A stretch of 62,063 bases of DNA, filler included. It is 7 parts of 7 records of this genome, joined end to end, with 100 filler letters (N's around TTAATTAATTAA, not from the genome) between each part and the next. Parts side by side here need not be neighbours in the genome. Positions count along the whole stretch, not along the records: positions 8,614 to 20,877 come from DRR723986_17266; positions 20,978 to 27,348 come from DRR723986_17292; 5 more parts are not named here. One strand, 5' to 3'. Numbering within the stretch: the stretch's first letter is position 1; each line of letters opens with the position of its first letter. The translations under genes and the position numbers were made by a program. Positions 9,488 through 22,697 of this stretch are shown in pieces. The notes beneath the pieces were generated by a model. That model was not told the origin of the DNA and did not search any database. It saw nothing but the letters and a program-made list of their open reading frames with translations.

Positions 9488-10582
9488 ATGTCTCAAGCGG
9501 AAATTCCCTTTCTCTTTGTCAGGGGCGGCACGTCTCGCGGTCCCTATTTCAACCGGGCGGACCTGCCAGCGGATCTTGACGAACTGACCGAGGTGCTGCT
9601 GGCCGTCATCGGCGCCGGGCACCCGCAGAATATCGATGGGATCGGTGGCGGTGTGGCGGTCACGACCAAGGTCGCGATGCTGTCGGCATCCGAAGACCCG
9701 GATTGCGACGTGGACTACTTCTTCGCGCAGGTGGCGGTCGAGGAACGGCTGGTCGACTACAAGCCGACATGTGGCAACATTCTTGTGGGTGTCGGCCCCG
9801 CTGCAATCGAGATGGGGCTGGTCAAGGCGGCGGGGGATCAGACCAAGGTCAGGATCAAGGCCGTGAATACCGGTGCGACGGTTGAGGCTGTGGTTGAAAC
9901 TCCGGGCGGACAGGTTCGTTACGAGGGCGACACCGCCATCGCAGGGGTTCCGGGAACGGCTGCTCCGGTCGCGCTCAGCTTTCTCGACGTGGTCGGGTCA
10001 TCCTGCGGGGCCTTTCTGCCCACTGGGCATCTGAGGGAAGAGATCGACGGCATGGACGTGACGTTGATGGACGTGGCGATGCCGATGATGATCGCGCGGG
10101 CCGAAGATTTCGGGCTGACCGGCTATGAAACGGCGGAGGAACTGGACGCAAACCGCGCCTTTTACGACCGGATGGAGCCGATGCGGTTGGAGGCGGGGCG
10201 CCGTATGGGCCTTGGCGATGTGTCCAAATCGGTGATGCCCAAGGTCGGGCTGCTGTCGCCCGCCCGCAACGGCGGCGCAATCTCGGCGCGCTATTTCATG
10301 CCATGGAACTGCCATCCGTCCATGGCTGTCACCGGGTCCCAGTGCCTTGCCGCCTGCACGTTGACGCCGGGCACTGTTGCCGAAGGGCTAGGGATGATCC
10401 CGAACGAGGTGCCGGCGATGATGCAGATCGAACATTCGCAAGGCATCATTGAGGTGCTGGTGGACTACACGCAAGGATCTGACGGGTTTCAGATGAAGTC
10501 TGCGGGGCTTGTACGGACGGCGCGGCTGTTGGCGCGTGGCGTGGTCATGGTGCCCGCGGGGTTGATGGAGAAAACTGCATGA
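9488..10582 (+). CDS. PrpF/LigU-family isomerase (4-oxalomesaconate tautomerase-like)
   Basis: RGGTSRG, QNIDGIGGG..TTKVA, catalytic CGN motif, CHPSMAVTG; ATG 9488 after GAGGA. Confidence 0.88.
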   Translation: MSQAEIPFLFVRGGTSRGPYFNRADLPADLDELTEVLLAVIGAGHPQNIDGIGGGVAVTTKVAMLSASEDPDCDVDYFFAQVAVEERLVDYKPTCGNILVGVGPAAIEMGLVKAAGDQTKVRIKAVNTGATVEAVVETPGGQVRYEGDTAIAGVPGTAAPVALSFLDVVGSSCGAFLPTGHLREEIDGMDVTLMDVAMPMMIARAEDFGLTGYETAEELDANRAFYDRMEPMRLEAGRRMGLGDVSKSVMPKVGLLSPARNGGAISARYFMPWNCHPSMAVTGSQCLAACTLTPGTVAEGLGMIPNEVPAMMQIEHSQGIIEVLVDYTQGSDGFQMKSAGLVRTARLLARGVVMVPAGLMEKTA

Positions 10583-12246
10583 AGGCCACGGGCGCTCAGG
10601 TTTTCGATCAATTGGCGCGCGCTGTTGCCCAGGAAGGTAGCCGGGTCTGCTTTGCCCTGATGGGCGACGCAAACATGAATTTCGCGACACGGCTTGGGGA
10701 AAACGGCACCCGGATGATCTATGTCCGGCACGAACAATGCGCCGTGGCTGCCGCGATGGCCTATGCGCGCAAATCGGGGCAAGTCGGGTTGGCGACGGTC
10801 ACATGTGGGCCGGGAGTGACCCAGTTGATGACTGCGTTGCCTGCGGCTGTCAGGGCGCATTTGCCGGTGGTCGTGATCGCGGGCGAGGCACCCTTGAAAC
10901 AGGGCTGGTATAATCAGGGTATCGAGCAGGCGCCGTTTGTGACAGCTACAGGTGCGCGCTATCGGTCCTTGCATTGGCCGGACCGTATGCCCACAGCCAT
11001 CCGCGATGCCTTTCTCGAGGCGCGGCGTGACCGTGTGCCAGTGGTTCTCGGCATTCCTTTCGATCTTCAAAATCAGCCCTGGCAAGGGGAAGAGGCGCTG
11101 CCAGTGCCATCTAAGGACCTGCTGCCCAACCCCTCGCCGATCCCGCCCAACCCCGCTGATCTGACCGAGGCTGTAGCTCTGATCGCCGAGGCGCGCCGGA
11201 TCGTTGTCATGGCAGGGCTAGGAGCGGTCGAGGCAGGTGCAGGCGACGCCTGCCGTGCGCTGGCTGGGAAATGCGACGGATTACTGGCGGCGACCCTGCC
11301 GGCGCGGGGTATCTTCGCAGCCGATCCTTTCAACCTGAACGTTGCCGGCGGCTTTTCCTCGGACATCGCAAGGCAGTGCTTTTCCGAGGCGGATCTCGTT
11401 GTCGCCGTTGGCTGTTCTCTGGCACGCCATAACGCGGATGGCGGCAAGCTGTGGCCGAAGGCGAAGGTTCTTCAGATCGACACCGATCCGGTTGCCATAA
11501 GCCAAGGACGCGTTGCAGCGGATGCCCACCTGCGCGCGGATGCCCGGCTTGGGGTCGAGGCGCTGTCTGAAATGCTGGAGGATCGCGCCACGACGTGGCG
11601 CACCCAAGCGCTCGCGTCCCGCATTGGATCGGACCCCGCCGATGGCAGCCAATTCGACGCGGAACCCGGCCTTCACGATCCGCGCGACGTGGTCGCAGCA
11701 CTCGAAGCGCACCTGCCGGGCGACTGGCAGATGGTAAACAGCTCGGGCCATTGTTCCTACTATTTCGCCCACATGCCCTCGCGCCCGTGGGACAAGTTCC
11801 TGACCATCCGGGAATTTGGCGCGATCGGGAACGGCACCTCCTTCGCCATGGGCGTCGCGGCCGCCTGTCCGGGGGAGACGGTGGTGCTGTTCGACGGGGA
11901 CGGCAGCCTGCTGATGCATGTGCAGGAATTGGAGACCATGCGCCGCCATGGCATGAATATCCTGATCGTTGCACTGAACGACGGGGCCTATGGGTCAGAG
12001 ATCCACAAGCTGCGCGCCGATGGGTTGTCGGATGCGGGTGCGGTTTTTGGCCGGACGGACCTCGCCGCCATCGCGCGCGGCTTTGGCGTCGGGGGACAGA
12101 CCGTGACTGATCTGGGTGCCTTGCCCGCGATGATCGCCACCTTCGCAGAAACCGGCGGTATCGCCGTCTGGGATGTGCCGATTTCGGACCGTGTCTATTC
12201 CCCGGTGATCCGCCGCGCGCACCCGGAGATCGAAAACCTTTCCTGA
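10579..12246 (+). CDS. Thiamine-diphosphate-dependent enzyme (acetolactate synthase/benzoylformate decarboxylase superfamily)
   Basis: VRHEQ catalytic Glu, TCGPGVTQ, GDGS...LND ThDP-binding motif; ATGA overlap with the PrpF gene. Confidence 0.9.
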   Translation: MKATGAQVFDQLARAVAQEGSRVCFALMGDANMNFATRLGENGTRMIYVRHEQCAVAAAMAYARKSGQVGLATVTCGPGVTQLMTALPAAVRAHLPVVVIAGEAPLKQGWYNQGIEQAPFVTATGARYRSLHWPDRMPTAIRDAFLEARRDRVPVVLGIPFDLQNQPWQGEEALPVPSKDLLPNPSPIPPNPADLTEAVALIAEARRIVVMAGLGAVEAGAGDACRALAGKCDGLLAATLPARGIFAADPFNLNVAGGFSSDIARQCFSEADLVVAVGCSLARHNADGGKLWPKAKVLQIDTDPVAISQGRVAADAHLRADARLGVEALSEMLEDRATTWRTQALASRIGSDPADGSQFDAEPGLHDPRDVVAALEAHLPGDWQMVNSSGHCSYYFAHMPSRPWDKFLTIREFGAIGNGTSFAMGVAAACPGETVVLFDGDGSLLMHVQELETMRRHGMNILIVALNDGAYGSEIHKLRADGLSDAGAVFGRTDLAAIARGFGVGGQTVTDLGALPAMIATFAETGGIAVWDVPISDRVYSPVIRRAHPEIENLS

Positions 12247-12297
12247 CCCGGCGCGCATACATAGGGTCTTGGGCATGTCAGCAGAAGGGCACATGGC

Positions 12298-13275
12298 ATG
12301 AAAGTTCACATCCTCGATGACTGGTTCGACACGCTTCGGACCCTGAAAAGCTTTGCCATGCTCGAACGGCATGACGTGGCAGTCTGGAACGATCATGTAG
12401 AAGATGTGGACGTGCTGGCCGAGCGGCTGGCCGGGGCCGATGCGCTGGTTCTGTTCCGCGAACGCACGCCCGTCACGGCGGCCCTGCTGGACCGGCTGCC
12501 CAATCTCCGGCTCATCAGCCAGCGCAGTGTCTACCCCCATGTGGACGTGCCTGCCTGCACCGCCAACGGGGTTCTTCTCTGTTCCAACATGCATTCCGAC
12601 ACGCCCTCTATCGCGGCCTCGGAACTGACCTTTGCGCTGATCCTTGCTTCGGCCCGGCAGATCCCGCAGCAAATGGCGTCCCTTCGCGCGGGCACATGGC
12701 AGATGGCCCCGGGCCAGACCTTGGCGGGCCGCACATTGGGGCTATACGGATATGGGCGGATCGCAAGGCAAGTGGCCGTCTATGCAAGAGCATTCGGGAT
12801 GGAAGTGGTCTGGTGGGCCTCTGACGAAGGCCGCGCCCGGGCCGTTGGCGACGGGCAGACCGTGGCCGCAAGTCGCGAAGCCTTCTTTGCCGAAAGCGAT
12901 TTCGTATCCGTCCACGTGCGTATGAAACCTGCCACGAGGTGCATCATAACAACCGCCGACCTTTTGGCGATGAAGCCCACGGCGACATTCGTGAACACCT
13001 CCCGCTCTGGCCTTGTCGAAAAGGGCGCGCTTCACGCCGCGCTGAAGGCAGGCCGTCCCGGCCGCCTGGCACTCGACGTGTTCGACGTGGAGCCGCTGAC
13101 AGATACCACTGATCCGGTAATCCAGCACCCGAACGTGATCGCAACGCCCCATATCGGTTATGTGACCGAGGATGAGCTGGATATGCAGTTCAGCGACATC
13201 TACGAACAGATCAACGCCTATGCCGAGGGCGCACCGATCCATATGATCAACCCCGAGGTGCGGGGGCAGGGGTGA
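12298..13275 (+). CDS. D-2-hydroxyacid dehydrogenase family protein
   Basis: GLYGYGRIA NAD motif, FVNTSR, LDVFDVEP, TPHIGY. Confidence 0.92.
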   Translation: MKVHILDDWFDTLRTLKSFAMLERHDVAVWNDHVEDVDVLAERLAGADALVLFRERTPVTAALLDRLPNLRLISQRSVYPHVDVPACTANGVLLCSNMHSDTPSIAASELTFALILASARQIPQQMASLRAGTWQMAPGQTLAGRTLGLYGYGRIARQVAVYARAFGMEVVWWASDEGRARAVGDGQTVAASREAFFAESDFVSVHVRMKPATRCIITTADLLAMKPTATFVNTSRSGLVEKGALHAALKAGRPGRLALDVFDVEPLTDTTDPVIQHPNVIATPHIGYVTEDELDMQFSDIYEQINAYAEGAPIHMINPEVRGQG

Positions 13276-13280
13276 CGGGC

Positions 13281-13766
13281 CTAGCCGGGCAGGGGCAGCC
13301 CCTGCGGGACCACCAGCGCGCCATCTTCATCGGCCACGATCATATCGCCGGGGTGCACGGTGACGTCGTCTATCACGATGTCGATGCCTGCCTCGCCCTC
13401 TCCCCTTCGGACGCATTTGCGGGGCGTGTGACCAAGCGCCATGATCCCCACGGGCGTTTCAGCCAGCAAAGCCACGTCACGCACCGCGCCCCAGATCACG
13501 ATACCGGCCCATGCGTTCGCCGCCGCCTCTGCCGCGATCACATCGCCGGTCAGCGCCCGGCGCAGCGACCCGCCGCCATCGACCACCAGAACCCGGCCAT
13601 TTCCGGGGGTGTTTACAAGCTCTTTCACGCGGCTGTTCACCTCGTGGGTCTTGATGGTCATTGCCGGTCCGTGAAACTGCCCATGCCCCCCGTAGTGCCG
13701 CAAAGCCGGAGTCAGCACGCCGCAGGTGTCAAGGAAATGATCGTAGAGATCGCAGGTGGGTGTCAT
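13281..13766 (-). CDS. rraA: RraA-like protein (putative HMG aldolase / oxaloacetate decarboxylase)
   Basis: TCDLYD, VLVVDGGGS.RRALTGD, GAVRD, PGDMIVADEDG; RBS CAGGAG upstream. Confidence 0.88.
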   Translation of the reverse strand: MTPTCDLYDHFLDTCGVLTPALRHYGGHGQFHGPAMTIKTHEVNSRVKELVNTPGNGRVLVVDGGGSLRRALTGDVIAAEAAANAWAGIVIWGAVRDVALLAETPVGIMALGHTPRKCVRRGEGEAGIDIVIDDVTVHPGDMIVADEDGALVVPQGLPLPG

Positions 13767-13801
13767 TGTTTGGCTCCTGTCTGGGAAAGGAAGTGTGCGC
13801 G

Positions 13802-14551
13802 ATGATCGAGGCTCTGACCACCCTTCCCGACGGCCTGTCGGCGCTGGCGTTCTGGGTGTTGCTGGCCTTCAGCTTTGTCAGCTCGTTTATCACGGTCGCC
13901 CTTGGGATCGGCGGTGGCGGGCTGCTTTTGGCGGTGATGGCCAGCCTCGTGCCGCCTGCCGCACTGATCCCGGTGCATGGGGTCGTGCAACTGGGGTCGA
14001 ACGCGGGCCGGGCGGGGATGTTGTGGCGTCAGATCAGCGGTCCGGCATTGCCCGGCTTCGTGATCGGATCGGTCATCGGCTGCGCACTTGGCGGGGTCGT
14101 GGTGATGGAGCTTCCGCCAAATATCGTCCAGATCGGCGTTGGTGCTTTCGTGATCTACAGTGTCTTTGCCAAGCCGCCCAAATGGCTGTCGCGATGGCCA
14201 TGGCTGACGGGCGGTGTGTCCAGTTTCCTGACCATGTTTTTCGGTGCCACCGGGTTGTTCGTTGCCAATTACACCAAGTCGCTGGCCCTGCCGCGTCACG
14301 AACATGTGGCGACCCATGCCGCGCTTATGACGGTGCAGCACGGGTTGAAAGTGCTGGTGTTCGGGCTGCTCGGATTTGCGTTTAGTGCCTGGGCCCCCGT
14401 GATCGTTGCGCTGATCGCAGCGGGACTGGCGGGCACCTTCACCGGGCGGCATCTGCTGAACCGGATGACCGATCACGGCTTCAAGCGGGCGCTCGATATC
14501 CTGCTGGTGCTTATTTCTGCGCGCCTGATCTGGGCGGGGCTGACCGGTTAG
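13802..14551 (+). CDS. TauE/SafE (TSUP) family exporter
   Basis: About 8 TM helices, GIGGGGLL motif, IPVHGVVQLGSN; ATG 13802. Confidence 0.85.
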   Translation: MIEALTTLPDGLSALAFWVLLAFSFVSSFITVALGIGGGGLLLAVMASLVPPAALIPVHGVVQLGSNAGRAGMLWRQISGPALPGFVIGSVIGCALGGVVVMELPPNIVQIGVGAFVIYSVFAKPPKWLSRWPWLTGGVSSFLTMFFGATGLFVANYTKSLALPRHEHVATHAALMTVQHGLKVLVFGLLGFAFSAWAPVIVALIAAGLAGTFTGRHLLNRMTDHGFKRALDILLVLISARLIWAGLTG

Positions 14552-14567
14552 GGTCAGCCCCCCGATG

Positions 14568-15230
14568 TCAGCCAACATGTTCGGCCAGAAATGCCCCGGT
14601 GCGTTTGTGCGCCTGCGCGGCGGCGTCTTCGACGTAGGACGGGCGCGCGTCATTGGCGAAGGCGTGGCCTGCGTCATAGAGATGGACCTGCATGTCGGGC
14701 AGATAGGCCTGCGCCTCGGCCAGCATTTCCGGCGGAACGTGGTCGTCGCTGCTGCCGAAATGACCAAGGAACGGTGCCTTCAAAGGGCTGTCGAGATACT
14801 GTGGCAACCGGGTGCCATAGAAGGCCACCGCGCAGGCCACGTCGCATTTCTGCGCGGCCCGCAACGCCAGGCCGCCACCCCAGCAAAACCCGATCACCCC
14901 GACCTTGCCACCATGCGCAGACAGCGCTGCCACAGCGGCATCCACATCAATCATCGTCTGATCAAGGTCAGATCCCAGCATCATATCGCGTCCGCGCGGG
15001 GCCTCGGCAAAGGGTATGACAGCGCCTTTTTCATGCCGGTCAAAAAGCGCGGGAATGGCCACCTCATATCCAAGCTCCGCATATTGCTTGGCGACGCCTT
15101 TCAACTGGTCGGTGACACCGAAAATCTCTTGCAGGATCACAACGCCACCGCGTCTGGCCCCTTTGGCTGGTTCGATCCAGCAATCAAGCTTGTGGCCATC
15201 CGCGGCCGTCAGTTCCGTCATCATCGGCAC
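14568..15230 (-). CDS. Dienelactone hydrolase family protein
   Basis: QEIFG, nucleophile GFCWGG, AGHAF. Confidence 0.92.
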   Translation of the reverse strand: MPMMTELTAADGHKLDCWIEPAKGARRGGVVILQEIFGVTDQLKGVAKQYAELGYEVAIPALFDRHEKGAVIPFAEAPRGRDMMLGSDLDQTMIDVDAAVAALSAHGGKVGVIGFCWGGGLALRAAQKCDVACAVAFYGTRLPQYLDSPLKAPFLGHFGSSDDHVPPEMLAEAQAYLPDMQVHLYDAGHAFANDARPSYVEDAAAQAHKRTGAFLAEHVG

Positions 15231-15296
15231 GGTCTTTCCTGAAATTTCGCATTGGAGAAGATCCTGCCCGCGGGCTGCGGGCAGGACAGCTTTGGA

Positions 15297-16271
15297 CTAT
15301 TGGCCGACGGGAATGCCAGCCTCTTCAAAGTAGCGAAGGGCACCGGGGTGGTACGGAACCGCGTTGGCGGGTGCCATCGTCTCGGTCCGGGCCAGGCGGA
15401 ACAGGCCGAAAGCCTCAGTCAGGGCTTCGTTGTTTTCGGCCACCAGCCGGGTCATGTTGTAGACCAGATCCTCGTCCACATCCGCGTTGGTCAGCATCAT
15501 CCACGGAATCCGCATCAGGTTTGCACCGTGGTTCTGCAGCCCGTTGATGTTTTCGTTCTGAGACATCGACACGAGATAGCCGGCAGGCAGGTAGTCGTTG
15601 AAGGCGGCCACGGCCTCGGCGCTGTCATCAAGCGAGATGTAGCAAAGCCCGCCACGATCTTGCAGTTGGACCGAAGCCTGCTGCCCCGCGCCCGCGTTCA
15701 GGCTGACAAGCGCAACATCAACCAGGCCGTCGCCAAGCGCGTTGATCCCGTCGACGAAGCTGGCAACCGGCACCTGCTGGAAGTCGTCATAGGTCAGCCC
15801 CGCATTCGCGAGACCGCCCGCGATGTAGTAGGGGATGATCGTCGATGAGGCATATTCCGAGGCGATGCGCAGATCGCCGGCGCGGCCGACAAGATCCTGT
15901 ACGGTCTCCAACCCCAGATCACAGGGGGCCATGATGCTGGTCGTCAGCGGGAACATCACGCCCACCAACCGAATGTTCGGGCTGGCGCGGTCATAGTTGC
16001 CGGATCCGTCGAAGGCAAAGGCGGCTTCAACCCCGTTGGAAAAACCGAAATCGACCTCGCCGGAACTGATCATGGGCAGATACCCCACCAAGGGTTGCGT
16101 ACGCACGGTGATGCCATTGTCATTGGCGACGCGCGCGACGGCCTGACCCGAATTATAGGCGACAGACCCCTGTGCCCCTGTCGCCATGGCAACCACCTGT
16201 GCACTTGCAGTTGCCGCGGTCAGGGCAAGCACCGTCAGGCTGCCCCCGATCAGCGTTTTCATATGTGTCAT
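15297..16271 (-). CDS. TAXI-family TRAP transporter solute-binding protein
   Basis: Signal peptide, ATG..GS.AY start motif, C-terminal PYHPGALRYFEE typical of TAXI. Confidence 0.88.
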   Translation of the reverse strand: MTHMKTLIGGSLTVLALTAATASAQVVAMATGAQGSVAYNSGQAVARVANDNGITVRTQPLVGYLPMISSGEVDFGFSNGVEAAFAFDGSGNYDRASPNIRLVGVMFPLTTSIMAPCDLGLETVQDLVGRAGDLRIASEYASSTIIPYYIAGGLANAGLTYDDFQQVPVASFVDGINALGDGLVDVALVSLNAGAGQQASVQLQDRGGLCYISLDDSAEAVAAFNDYLPAGYLVSMSQNENINGLQNHGANLMRIPWMMLTNADVDEDLVYNMTRLVAENNEALTEAFGLFRLARTETMAPANAVPYHPGALRYFEEAGIPVGQ

Positions 16272-16292
16272 TCTTGTCTTTCCTCCCTTGGT

Positions 16293-19210
<2,918 letters not shown>

Positions 19211-19217
19211 CTAGTAT

Positions 19218-19232
19218 ATCATCGAAAATGAT
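19218..19232. promoter_or_regulatory. Putative LysR operator (ATCA-N7-TGAT)
   Basis: ATCAtcgaaaaTGAT dyad with T-N11-A core in the AT-rich divergent gap between ligI and lysR. Confidence 0.6.
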
Positions 19233-19244
19233 GCAGGCTTTGAA

Positions 19245-20153
19245 ATGCTCAGAAATTTTGACATGAACCTACTGCTTGTTCTGCATACGCTGTTGCAGGA
19301 ACGCAGTGTGACCCGCACGGGCGAGCAGCTTGGCCGCACGCAATCGGCGATTTCCAATGCTTTGAAACGGCTGCGCGATCATTTCGGTGATCCGCTTTTG
19401 GTGCGCACGCCAGAGGGGCTGAGCCCGACACCCAAGGCCGCTCAGATGGCCCCGGCAATTGCGCTGATCGTACAGGAAGCGGAGGGTTGTATCGCGCGGG
19501 CTGATGCCTTTGACCCGGCCACCGCCACGGGTCGTTATGTCATCGGCGCACCGGATCGCTGCAACTTGCCGGTCTTTCTGCCGTTTCTGGAGCATCTGGG
19601 CACGCTGGCACCCCGCATTTTCATCAACCTGCGGACCACGGACCGGGATTATGCGATCCGCCTGATCGAGGATGAAGAGGTTGACATGGCCATAGGCTGG
19701 ATCGACCGAACACCGCCGCATATCACCCGCGAATTCGCGTTCGAGGATCAGTTTGTCTGCCTGTGCCGTCGCGATCATCCGCTGCTGGCGGGCGGGGCGA
19801 ACCCGGATCTGGACGAAATCCTCTCTCATCCGCATCTTGTGGTCAGTTCCACCGGTGACCGAAGCGCGGCGTTCGATGCTGTGCTGGCCCGCAACGGGCT
19901 GTCGCGGGCAATATCCGCAACATTGATGAGCTTCACGATCGTGCCGGAGCTTTTGCTGCAATCTAACTTGGTTGGGGTCTTCACCCACAGAACCAGCCAC
20001 TATTTCGCCCGTCGCTATTCGCTGGCCACGGCCCCTGTCCCGCTGGAAGTTGCCCCGATAGCCAATCACCTGATCTGGCACCGCAGATTTGACGCGGACG
20101 AGGCGCATTCGTGGTTGCGTGGTCAGATCATCAAGGCCTGCCAGCAACCCTAA
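19245..20153 (+). CDS. LysR-family transcriptional regulator
   Basis: N-terminal HTH (DMNLL...SVTRTGEQLGRTQSAISNALKRLR...DPLLVR) plus substrate-binding domain; divergent from ligI. Confidence 0.95.
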   Translation: MLRNFDMNLLLVLHTLLQERSVTRTGEQLGRTQSAISNALKRLRDHFGDPLLVRTPEGLSPTPKAAQMAPAIALIVQEAEGCIARADAFDPATATGRYVIGAPDRCNLPVFLPFLEHLGTLAPRIFINLRTTDRDYAIRLIEDEEVDMAIGWIDRTPPHITREFAFEDQFVCLCRRDHPLLAGGANPDLDEILSHPHLVVSSTGDRSAAFDAVLARNGLSRAISATLMSFTIVPELLLQSNLVGVFTHRTSHYFARRYSLATAPVPLEVAPIANHLIWHRRFDADEAHSWLRGQIIKACQQP

Positions 20154-20276
20154 TGCGGGCTGCTATTCCAAAGCCGATGCTGGCTATTCAATCTTGACTG
20201 CGGGCCTTCCCGGTGGCGACCGGCTGTGCCACGCTTTGGGCTCTTGGCAGCAAATGGCCCGGTGGAGGATTGCCCT

Positions 20277-20877
20277 ATGACGGAACAGGCTTTGGCGTTT
20301 GTCGGCTTTGGGGAAGCGGCGATGGCGTTTCTATCAGGGTGGGCGCCGTCCGATCCGGCGCGGATCTCTGCCTACGACATCAAGACAGATACGCCGGCGA
20401 CACGCGCAACCCTTCTGGACCGATATCGCCATGCTGGCATCAGGGGGTGCGATACACTTGACGCCGCGCTGAACGGGGCTGAAACGGTGTTTTCTGTCGT
20501 GACCGCAGATCAGGCGCTTGCTGCTGCCAATGCCGGGGCTGCGTGCCTGTCTCCCGGCACGCTCTGGCTCGATTGCAACTCCTGCGCGCCGGGTTCAAAG
20601 GCGCGCGCAGCCGAGGCGATCGAGGCCGCAGGAGGGCGCTATGTGGATGTGGCCGTGATGGCACCGGTTCACCCCAAGCGTCACCATGTACCGCTCAAGA
20701 TTTCCGGGCCTCACGCAGATGCCGCTGCGCATGTGCTGCGGGCGCTCGACATGCGGCCAGAGATCGTTGGTGACAAGATCGGGCAGGCGTCATCGGTCAA
20801 GATGTTGCGCTCGGTCATGATCAAAGGGTTGGAGGCATTGACCACGGAGTGCCTACTGGCGGCCCGCAAAGCGGGGG
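20277..20877 (+). CDS. NAD(P)-dependent oxidoreductase, 6PGD/HIBADH-like with DUF1932 (3' truncated)
   Basis: GFGEAA Rossmann motif, DCNSCAP..K, YVDVAVMAPV, KMLRSVMIKGLEAL. Confidence 0.85.
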
Positions 20878-20977
20878 NNNNNNNNNNNNNNNNNNNNNNN
20901 NNNNNNNNNNNNNNNNNNNNNTTAATTAATTAANNNNNNNNNNNNNNNNNNNNNNNNNNNNNNNNNNNNNNNNNNNN
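20878..20977. other. Artificial contig spacer
   Basis: N-run + TTAATTAATTAA + N-run. Confidence 0.98.
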
Positions 20978-21264
20978 CCGTGGGGCAGCGGCAAAGCATC
21001 GGCTGGGCGCGGCTGTGGCTGCAGGACCCCGAGGTCTGCCTGCTGGACGAGCCCACCGCCGCGCTGGACCAGACGCTGGAGAAGACGCTGATCTCGCGGC
21101 TGGAGACGTGGCTGGCGGGGCGCACGGCGGTGATCGCCACGCACCGGGTGCCGATTTTGCAACTGGCCTCTCGCACGCTGATCCTTGCGAACGGCCGTCT
21201 TGTCGTCGACGGGCCGCGCGATCAGGTGCTGGAGCATCTGCGCAGCACGCAGGGGGCGGCGTAG
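20978..21264 (+). CDS. Type I secretion ABC ATPase/permease, C-terminal fragment
   Basis: GQRQ signature, LLDEPTAALD Walker B/D-loop, IATHR H-loop; upstream of HlyD. Confidence 0.85.
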
Positions 21265-21405
21265 GATGCGGGCGCCTCGTGATCCGGCCCGCGTGTGCGG
21301 CGGCCCGCCCGGGCGCCGGTTCCCGGCAGCGGCGCGCCTTGCGCCATGCCGGGCCACCGCGCCGCTGGACCGTCGGCCCTGCCCATCCCCGGGGGAGGGC
21401 CCGAC

Positions 21406-22593
21406 ATGACCGTCGCCCCCGGCCGCACCGACCTTTCCGCGCAACTGGGCGCGCGGATGCGCGGGCCGTCGCTGACCATCTGGCTCTGCGCCATCACGGT
21501 CCTCGCCTTCCTGCTCTGGGCCTCCATGGCGTGGCTGGACGAGATCGTGCGCGGCGACGGAGAGATCATCGGCGGATCGCGCCCGCAGATCATCCAGAAC
21601 CTCGAGGGCGGCATCCTCTCCGAGCTTCTGGTGAAGGAGGGCGACGAGGTGCGGCGGGGCGATGTGCTCGCCCGGTTGCACGGCACGCAGTTCCGGTCGT
21701 CGGTGGACGACCTGTCGGATCAGATCACCGCCCTCGAGATTCGCCGCCTGCGGCTCGAGGCGGAACTGGCGGGGGCCTCCGTCGTGGAGGTCCCCGCATC
21801 CTTGGCCGAGCGGTCGCGGGCTCTGGTGGCCTCGGAGCAGGCGCTTCTGGCGGCGCGCCAGTCGGACTACACCTCCCGGCGCGAGGGCGCGCGGCGGGTG
21901 ATGGAGCAGGCGGCCTCGGAAATGGCGCTGATGGAGAACCTGCTCGACAAGAAGGTCGTGGCCCTGATCGAGGTGACGCGGGCGCGCAAGGCCCATGCGG
22001 ACGCCAGACAGGCCCATGACGAGATCGTCACCCAGACCGAACTGGGCCGGGCCGAGGCATATTCCGAGACGCTGAAGGAACTGGCGACCCTGCGCCAGAA
22101 CCTCAAGGCCTCGCAGGATCAGCTGAACCGCACGGTGCTGATCTCTCCGATGCACGGGGTGGTGAACAAGCTGAGCGTGACGACCATCGGCGGCGTCGTG
22201 CGTCCGGGCGAGGAGATCATGCAGATCATCCCGATGGACGACGAGGTCTTCGTCGAGGCCAAGGTCCGCCCCGAGGATATCGCCAACATCCGCCCGGGGC
22301 AGGAGGCGACGGTCAAGCTGACCGCCTATGACTACACGATCCACGGCACGCTCAAGGGGCGGGTCGACGTGATCTCTGCCGATACCTTCAAGGACGAGCG
22401 CCGCCCCGAGGCGGAGGCGCATTACAAGGTGATGGTGCGGCTCGACAGGGACAGCCTCACAGAGCGGCAGGCCCGGATGGAGATCCGCCCCGGGATGCAG
22501 GCGCAGGCCGAACTGCACACCGGCGAGAAGACGGTGCTGCAATATCTGCTCAAGCCGCTCTACAAGACGCGCGAGGCGTTCCGCGAACCCTAG
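21406..22593 (+). CDS. HlyD-family type I secretion membrane fusion protein
   Basis: N-terminal TM, QIIQNLEGGI..LVKEGD.V, SPMHGVV, YDYTIHG.LKG.V, PGMQAQ...TGEKTVLQYLLKP; ATG 21406 after GGAGG. Confidence 0.93.
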   Translation: MTVAPGRTDLSAQLGARMRGPSLTIWLCAITVLAFLLWASMAWLDEIVRGDGEIIGGSRPQIIQNLEGGILSELLVKEGDEVRRGDVLARLHGTQFRSSVDDLSDQITALEIRRLRLEAELAGASVVEVPASLAERSRALVASEQALLAARQSDYTSRREGARRVMEQAASEMALMENLLDKKVVALIEVTRARKAHADARQAHDEIVTQTELGRAEAYSETLKELATLRQNLKASQDQLNRTVLISPMHGVVNKLSVTTIGGVVRPGEEIMQIIPMDDEVFVEAKVRPEDIANIRPGQEATVKLTAYDYTIHGTLKGRVDVISADTFKDERRPEAEAHYKVMVRLDRDSLTERQARMEIRPGMQAQAELHTGEKTVLQYLLKPLYKTREAFREP

Positions 22594-22697
22594 GGCGGGC
22601 GCGGGCATGGGCGGAAAAGGCGCAGAATGGCGCAGTGACAGGCGCGCGAATCTGCGCTAGGTCACCGGGCGAAACGCAAATCACGGGACCTTGGACC

